DNA from: an uncultured Eubacteriales bacterium | GTDB lineage: Bacteria; Bacillota; Clostridia; Oscillospirales; Acutalibacteraceae | Assembly: GCA_934486615.1 (NCBI GenBank) | Contig: CAKSQO010000002.1 | Coordinates: forward strand, 112,425-176,424 | DNA: 64,000 nucleotides | Reading direction: 5' to 3' | Part shown: positions 58,078-64,000 of the stretch, one piece after another | Layout of the letters: every line of letters starts with the position of its first letter | Numbering within the stretch: position 1 is the stretch's first letter | Notes under the pieces: model-generated | Seen by the model: the letters and a program-made list of their open reading frames with translations, nothing else | Database searches by the model: none | What the model was told of the DNA's origin: nothing | Translations under genes and position numbers: made by a program

Positions 58078-58110
58078 ATTTCTTGAAGAAATAAGAGGAG
58101 GTAATTTGCT

Positions 58111-58449
58111 TTGCAGGTGCTATTTTTAGTTTTAAACAAAACGGAGTGTCTTGAGGAGATACTCAAGGAATTCAGCAAAAAAGAGCTTCACGGCGCGACG
58201 ATACTCGACAGCAAGGGTATGGCGCACAGCCTCGACAGCTTCACCGAGCTGCAGTTTATGCTGTCGCTCAGGTCGCTGCTCGACCCGACCCACCGCGAAA
58301 GCAAGACGGTGTTTATGGTCATTAAGGACGACGAGGTCAAGGTCGTATCCGATATAGTCAACCGCGTCACAGGAGGACTGGACAAGCCCGACACGGGAAT
58401 ACTGTTCACCATGCCGGTGAGCCATCTGGAAGGATTCAAGCTCAAATGA
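58111..58449 (+). CDS. Small PII-like (GlnB-fold-like) protein, 112 aa, hypothetical
   Basis: Size and alternating beta-alpha pattern resemble PII/DarA-like signal transducers. Its stop overlaps the CPA2 start as ATGA. Confidence 0.4.
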   Translation: MQVLFLVLNKTECLEEILKEFSKKELHGATILDSKGMAHSLDSFTELQFMLSLRSLLDPTHRESKTVFMVIKDDEVKVVSDIVNRVTGGLDKPDTGILFTMPVSHLEGFKLK

Positions 58450-59612
58450 ATACTCTGCTTTACCTTGCGATAATGATATTTTCGGGTATGCTTTTCGGCC
58501 GCATTGCCAAGCTTGTAAAGCTGCCTAACGTCACGGGCTACCTTGTCGGAGGTCTGATAATCGGCCCGAGCGTACTTAATATAATACCCGCCGACGCGAT
58601 AAGCTCGATGACGATAATATCGAACGTAGCGCTCGGCTTCATCGCCTTTTCGATAGGCAACGAGTTCAAGATCTCGTATTTCAAGCGCGTCGGCGCGACC
58701 CCGATAGTAATTGCGGTGTTCGAGTCGCTGCTGGCGGTCGTCTTCGTTATGGTCGGGCTCATCATCGCGGGCTTTGATCTGCCGTTTTCGATAGTGCTCG
58801 GCTCCATCGCGGCCGCGACCGCTCCCGCGGCGACGATAATGGTCATTCGCCAGTACAAGGCCAAAGGCCCGATGACAGAAACGCTGTTAAGCGTTGTGGC
58901 GATCGACGACGCGACCGCACTGATATTCTTCGGCATCTGCGTTGCCATCGCGGGCGCGCTCGGCGGCAAGAGCGAGTCGCTCGGTATGGCGCTGCTCAAG
59001 CCCGTTGTCGAAATACTGGGCGCTGTGGTAATCGGCTTTGTGATAGGGCTGCTCATGCTGCTGCCTTTCAGGTGGTTTAAAAAGGACGGCAACCGCCTGT
59101 CGATAATCATAGGCGCTGTATTCCTCGGGGTCGGACTTGCCGACATACTCGGCATATCGAGCCTGCTGCTGTGCATGGCAATGGGCGCGGCGCTCGCCAA
59201 CTTCAGCAGCGAGACTGCCTCGATAATGAAGCTTGCCGACGGGCTGACCCCGCCGATATTCCTGCTGTTCTTCGTCGCCTCGGGCGCCGAGCTGCAGCTG
59301 AGCGTTCTGCCGCAGATAGGGCTTGCGGGCGTAATCTATGTCATACTGCGCGTTGTCGGCAAGGTCGCGGGCGCAGCCTTCGGCGCGGCGATTTGCAAGG
59401 CGCAGGCGAGCGTGCGCAAGTACCTCGGTCTGGCGCTTGCACCGCAGGCGGGCGTTGCGATAGGACTGTCGCTGATTGCCATCACAGCAGTGCCTGAGCA
59501 CGGCGCGGCGATACGCGCAATAATCCTGTGCGGCACGCTGATCTACGAAATGGTCGGCCCCGCGCTGTCAAAGTTCGCACTCAAAAAAGCAGGCGAGATA
59601 ACCGAAAGCTGA
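58446..59612 (+). CDS. Cation:proton antiporter, CPA2 family (no RCK domain)
   Basis: About 12 TM helices with Na_H_Exchanger-family motifs are present. A terminator hairpin lies at 59651-59695. Confidence 0.75.
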   Translation: MNTLLYLAIMIFSGMLFGRIAKLVKLPNVTGYLVGGLIIGPSVLNIIPADAISSMTIISNVALGFIAFSIGNEFKISYFKRVGATPIVIAVFESLLAVVFVMVGLIIAGFDLPFSIVLGSIAAATAPAATIMVIRQYKAKGPMTETLLSVVAIDDATALIFFGICVAIAGALGGKSESLGMALLKPVVEILGAVVIGFVIGLLMLLPFRWFKKDGNRLSIIIGAVFLGVGLADILGISSLLLCMAMGAALANFSSETASIMKLADGLTPPIFLLFFVASGAELQLSVLPQIGLAGVIYVILRVVGKVAGAAFGAAICKAQASVRKYLGLALAPQAGVAIGLSLIAITAVPEHGAAIRAIILCGTLIYEMVGPALSKFALKKAGEITES

Positions 59613-60106
59613 CCGCGCTGCCGCTTAAATCATCTGCCGCACTGCATAAAAAACGGCTCTCACTTAAAAAGACCGAGTGAGAGCCGTTGATTTTTGCCTT
59701 GAAAACAGATATAAGCTGATCCGCGGGCGCGTTGGGGGTGGGGGGTGATGAGTGGGAGCTCATCGTGCGGCCGCGTAACAGCTTATTGGTATAGATTATA
59801 GTTTGCGCCCGCATAAATGACAATATTTGACGGTAAAATGTGACCTAAAGGTAAAAAATCAGAACCGTATTGACAAATGGAAACTCCCGTGCCGCAAGTG
59901 CCCGACCGACGCTGACCGCCGTTGCCGTCGCAATCCTTTGCAAGCGTGCGTTTGCCATAATTTTCAATCGTCAAAAAAGTGTAATATTACCCCGAATATG
60001 TTGATTTACATAATTTCTTGTGTTAAAATGTAGTTTGGTATCCGGGCGCGGTAAAACCGGACACATTTTTGACGTTTATCAATTCTTTCAGAGGACGGAG
60101 CGCACA

Positions 60107-61570
60107 ATGGTATTCTCAAGCCTGACCTTTTTTCTGGTGTTTTTAACACTCAACCTGATATGCTACTCTTTTGCCAAGGACATTCGCAGCAAGAATATCG
60201 TTATGCTCGTGTTTTCGCTCGTGTTCTACACCTGGGGCGAGCCGAAATATGTCCTGCTGTTGCTTGCAATGGTGGGCGTAAACTGGCTGATGTCACTGCT
60301 TATCGAGAAGCACCGTAAAACCAAACTCGCGCGCCTGTGGCTCGTGATTTCGTGCGTCTTCAGCCTCGGAATGCTTGCGATATTCAAGTATTCAAACCTC
60401 ATTACCTCGACTTTTTCGTTCATTTTCGGCGATTTTGTGACGAACATCGCCCTGCCCATCGGCATTTCGTTCTACACGTTCCAGATTCTTTCCTACGTCA
60501 TCGACGTCTACCGCGGCGAAGTGCCCGCGCAGCACTCGTTCTGGCGGCTGCTGCTGTACGTCAGCCTGTTCCACCAGTGCATCGCAGGGCCGATAGTACG
60601 CTACCGTGACGTCGAGCGCGAGATAACCTCGCGCCGCATGACGGGCGAGGATTTCAGCCGCGGCGTGACCCGCTTCGCGGTCGGTCTTGGCAAAAAGGCG
60701 ATGCTTGCCAACGCGTGTGCAAAGGTCGCCGACACGATACTGCTCAGCGACTCGCAGTTGAGCGATATGACAAAGCTGAGCAAAAACCTCGAGCAGCTCG
60801 CCTCAAAGCCCGCCGCCATGCTGTGGCTCGGCGTGCTGATGTATATGCTGTTTATCTACCTCGATTTCTCCGCCTACTCCGATATGGCTATCGGAATGGG
60901 GCTTATGATAGGCTTCCACTATAAAGAGAACTTCAACTACCCTTATGTTGCGTCGAGCGTCACCGACTTTTGGCGCAGATGGCACATTTCGCTGAGCAGC
61001 TTCTTCCGCGATTACGTCTATATACCGCTCGGCGGCAACCGAAAGGGTCTGCCGCGCAAGCTGTTCAATATGTTCGTGGTCTGGTTCTTAACAGGGCTGT
61101 GGCACGGCGCAAGCTGGAACTTCGTGCTGTGGGGGCTTTACTTCTTTGTGTTCCTCGTTATCGAGAATCTCGGTCTGCGCGACAAACTCGCAAAAGCGCC
61201 CAAGTTCGTCGGCCACCTCTATCTGCTGCTGGTTGTGTTCTTTGGCTGGATTCTGTTCCGCTTTACGAATATGAGCGCCGCGCGGACAGTTTTCAAGGGG
61301 CTGTTCGGCCTGAACGGCAACGGCTTTACGAGCTTTGAGGCCAACGCGATGTGGCTTAACTACATCTTCTTCCTCATCGTCGCGATAGTCTCCGTCACGC
61401 CGCTTATCAAAAATCTGGGCGCAAAGCTCACGGCTGTCAGCGAGAAAAACGGTGTCGTGGCCGTCGTATACGGCGTGTCGCAGATACTTGTGCCGACCGT
61501 GCTGATAATTCTCAGCACCATGGCGCTTGTGGGCAACAGCTACAATCCGTTCATTTACTTCAGATTTTAA
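60107..61570 (+). CDS. MBOAT-family membrane-bound O-acyltransferase (DltB/AlgI/PatA-like)
   Basis: The conserved His region (WRRWHISLSSFFRDYVYIPLGGN, FLTGLWHGASWNF) is present with a polytopic topology. Confidence 0.8.
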   Translation: MVFSSLTFFLVFLTLNLICYSFAKDIRSKNIVMLVFSLVFYTWGEPKYVLLLLAMVGVNWLMSLLIEKHRKTKLARLWLVISCVFSLGMLAIFKYSNLITSTFSFIFGDFVTNIALPIGISFYTFQILSYVIDVYRGEVPAQHSFWRLLLYVSLFHQCIAGPIVRYRDVEREITSRRMTGEDFSRGVTRFAVGLGKKAMLANACAKVADTILLSDSQLSDMTKLSKNLEQLASKPAAMLWLGVLMYMLFIYLDFSAYSDMAIGMGLMIGFHYKENFNYPYVASSVTDFWRRWHISLSSFFRDYVYIPLGGNRKGLPRKLFNMFVVWFLTGLWHGASWNFVLWGLYFFVFLVIENLGLRDKLAKAPKFVGHLYLLLVVFFGWILFRFTNMSAARTVFKGLFGLNGNGFTSFEANAMWLNYIFFLIVAIVSVTPLIKNLGAKLTAVSEKNGVVAVVYGVSQILVPTVLIILSTMALVGNSYNPFIYFRF

Positions 61571-61582
61571 GGAGGGCGCGAA

Positions 61583-62929
61583 ATGAAAAACAACCGTTTT
61601 AAATTCATCGTCAACGCCCTCAAGTCAAGCCTTTTCGTGCTCACACTCATCGTCGGGCTTATCGTTTCGATGCTTATTCCGCTGCGCCCGACCTACTCAG
61701 AGAATGAAAAGCGCGAGCTTACCAAGTTCCCCGCCCTGACTGCGTCGAGCCTTGCCGACGGCAGCTTTTTCGCGGGAATCGACACCTGGTTTGCCGACAC
61801 CTTCCCGTTCAGAGAAGCGATGATCTCGGCCTACGGCGGCATCGAAGATCTGTACGGCTTACACACGACCAAGGTGCACGGCAAGGTCGACGACGGCGAC
61901 GATATTCCCGACACGCCGAGCAAGGCGGGGGCTTCGTCGGGGGCTTCGTCGGGCACGGCGTCCTCCGGCTCATCGAGCACGGGCAGCTCCTCCGCCGCTT
62001 CGTCGCAGGATAACGAGCCCGCCGAGCAGGGGCTGTCGATGGGCGGTGTACTGCTTATCAAGAACGCCGCTTACGAATACTATAACTTCAACAAATCGTG
62101 CGCCGACCGCTATTCCGCAGCCGTCACAAACGCGGCCAACCGCTTGAACGGCATCTCAAACGTCTATGATATGGTCGTGCCGACGAGCATCGGAATCACG
62201 CTCAACGAGGCCACGCGTAAGAGCATTAACAGCTCCGACCAGCAAAAGGCCATCAACTACATCTACGGCTCGATGGGCGACGGGGTCAAGACGGTAAACG
62301 TCTACGACACGCTCATGAGCCACCGCAGCGAGTACATTTTCTTCCGCACCGACCACCACTGGACGCAGCTGGGCGCTTACTACGCCTATCAGCAGTTCGC
62401 AAACCGCGCCAAGTTCATGCCCATTGAGCAGAGCCGCTACTCCACCGTCACCTACGACGGCTTCCTCGGCTCGTTCTATGCGGCGACGAAGAAGGACGCG
62501 ACACTCGCCGCCACTCCCGACTCTATCACAGCGTTCAAGCTCATCAATAACGCGTCGATGAATGTCGTAGGCAAAAACGGCTCCTCATTCTCGTGGCCCA
62601 TAATCGGCGACCCGACCAAGTCGGCGGAGAACCTCAAGTACGCGGCGACGTTCATCGGAGGCGACAATCCGCTGTCGACGATCACAAACAACGACCTTCC
62701 CGAGGGCGACTCGTGCATACTGGTCAAGGAGTCGTTCGGCAACGCGTTCGCTCCCCTGCTAATTCCGCATTATAAGAACATCTACGTCGTCGACTACCGC
62801 TACTACAAGGGCGGACTCATCCGGCTTGCGCAGGAAAAGGGCGTAAAGGACGTGATCTTCTTAAACAACATCTCAGCCACGCGCACTTCAGCCCGTGTGA
62901 CCGAGATGGAAAACCTCATCAACCGCTGA
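61583..62929 (+). CDS. DHHW-family protein (AlgX/AlgJ/PatB-like extracytoplasmic acyltransferase partner of MBOAT)
   Basis: An N-terminal TM anchor and Ser/Gly-rich linker precede the FRTDHHWTQLGAYYAY (DHHW) motif. Confidence 0.75.
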   Translation: MKNNRFKFIVNALKSSLFVLTLIVGLIVSMLIPLRPTYSENEKRELTKFPALTASSLADGSFFAGIDTWFADTFPFREAMISAYGGIEDLYGLHTTKVHGKVDDGDDIPDTPSKAGASSGASSGTASSGSSSTGSSSAASSQDNEPAEQGLSMGGVLLIKNAAYEYYNFNKSCADRYSAAVTNAANRLNGISNVYDMVVPTSIGITLNEATRKSINSSDQQKAINYIYGSMGDGVKTVNVYDTLMSHRSEYIFFRTDHHWTQLGAYYAYQQFANRAKFMPIEQSRYSTVTYDGFLGSFYAATKKDATLAATPDSITAFKLINNASMNVVGKNGSSFSWPIIGDPTKSAENLKYAATFIGGDNPLSTITNNDLPEGDSCILVKESFGNAFAPLLIPHYKNIYVVDYRYYKGGLIRLAQEKGVKDVIFLNNISATRTSARVTEMENLINR

Positions 62930-63112
62930 TATTTTAAATAATTGCAAAACCGCGTCGGACAAGACATTCATTGCCTTTTGCCCGACGCGGTTTTTATAAT
63001 TATTAAGATTTAACAGATTATTTACAATAAAATATGTAGTTTTTTTAACAAAGCTGTGTTATACTGTAAAATGTGGTAATTTTGATTTTTCCCGAAAGGT
63101 AGGGTGTTAAAT

Positions 63113-64000
63113 ATGAGAAAGACGAAGATAATCTGCACCATCGGTCCTGCGAGCGATAACGAGGAGACTCTGACCCAACTGTGCTTGAACGGCATGAACG
63201 TGGCAAGGCTGAACTTCTCCCACGGAACTCACGCCGAGCATCAGCAGAAGATCGACCTCATTAAAAAGGTACGTGAAAAGCTCGATATGCCCATCGCTAT
63301 CATGCTTGACACCAAAGGTCCCGAATACCGCATCGGCACGTTCAAGGACGGCGCGGTGCAGCTTAAAGACGGCGACACCTTCACCTTCACCACCGACGAC
63401 ATCGAGGGCGACAGCTCCCGCGTTTCGGTCAGCTACAAGGGGCTTATTGACGAGCTGAACGAAGGCGATAAGATTCTCGTCAACAACGGCCTCGTCATCT
63501 TCCGCGTTGAAAAGATCAGCGGCAACGACGCGCAGTGCGTTGTTGAAGTCGGCGGTGACCTATCCAACCGCAAGAGCATGAGCTTTCCCGACAAGGTGCT
63601 GCATCAGGACTATCTCAGCGAGCAGGACAAAAGCGACCTGCTTTTCGGCATCGAGAATGACGTAGACTTCGTCGCCTGCTCCTTCGTTTCAGGCAAGCAG
63701 GACCTCGAGGACGTGAAGAACTTTCTCAAGGCAAACGGCGGCGGCGACATCGACCTCATTGCCAAAATCGAGAACCGCGCAGGCGTAAACAACATCGAGA
63801 GCATATGCGAGGCCTGCGACGGCATTATGATCGCGCGCGGCGACCTCGGCGTTGAAATTCCGTTTGTCGAGCTGCCCGCCATCCAAAAGCTGCTGATAAC
63901 CAAGTGCCGCCTGCTCGGCAAGCGCGTTATCACCGCGACCGAAATGCTCGAGTCGATGATAAAGAATCCGCGCCCGACCCGTGCCGAGATCTCCGACGTC
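63113..64000 (+). CDS. pyk: Pyruvate kinase (N-terminal part; continues beyond the window end)
   Basis: [16 protein letters not shown]...[13 protein letters not shown]...MLDTKGPE is the canonical pyruvate kinase N-terminus. Confidence 0.9.
   Translation, partial: MRKTKIICTIGPASDNEETLTQLCLNGMNVARLNFSHGTHAEHQQKIDLIKKVREKLDMPIAIMLDTKGPEYRIGTFKDGAVQLKDGDTFTFTTDDIEGDSSRVSVSYKGLIDELNEGDKILVNNGLVIFRVEKISGNDAQCVVEVGGDLSNRKSMSFPDKVLHQDYLSEQDKSDLLFGIENDVDFVACSFVSGKQDLEDVKNFLKANGGGDIDLIAKIENRAGVNNIESICEACDGIMIARGDLGVEIPFVELPAIQKLLITKCRLLGKRVITATEMLESMIKNPRPTRAEISDV

Overview
This window is a high-GC (about 60%) chromosomal segment from a spore-forming Firmicute, shown by spoVT, a clostridial-type atpIBEFHAGDC operon, Rex and an [FeFe]-hydrogenase. 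Housekeeping blocks are interleaved with accessory cargo. The main contents, in order: (1) a truncated minus-strand operon of Zn-ribbon, HTH_11, Pol-beta nucleotidyltransferase and dTMP-kinase-like P-loop protein, divergent from an XRE/ImmA pair; (2) a redox module of HxlR, NAD(P)H-binding protein, PNPOx-ferredoxin fusion, macrodomain and SirTM sirtuin; (3) a roughly 15 kb Wzx/Wzy-type cell-surface polysaccharide locus whose central 9.5 kb is conspicuously AT-rich, flanked by a mosaic ugd/macro gene remnant; (4) Rex, a 2Fe-2S ferredoxin and an [FeFe]-hydrogenase; (5) a liv branched-chain amino-acid ABC operon; (6) a GH1 beta-glucosidase; (7) the ATP synthase operon and rpsT; (8) a lysine riboswitch upstream of an NhaC-family (LysW-like) transporter; (9) an M16 peptidase with an ABC-exporter pseudogene stub; (10) tRNA-Gly(CCC); (11) a cobalamin-riboswitch-controlled DUF4430 lipoprotein plus small ECF-S-like membrane protein; (12) a PII-like protein translationally coupled to a CPA2 antiporter; (13) an MBOAT-DHHW surface-acylation pair; (14) the start of pyk. 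No CRISPR array and no integrase or transposase gene were seen.
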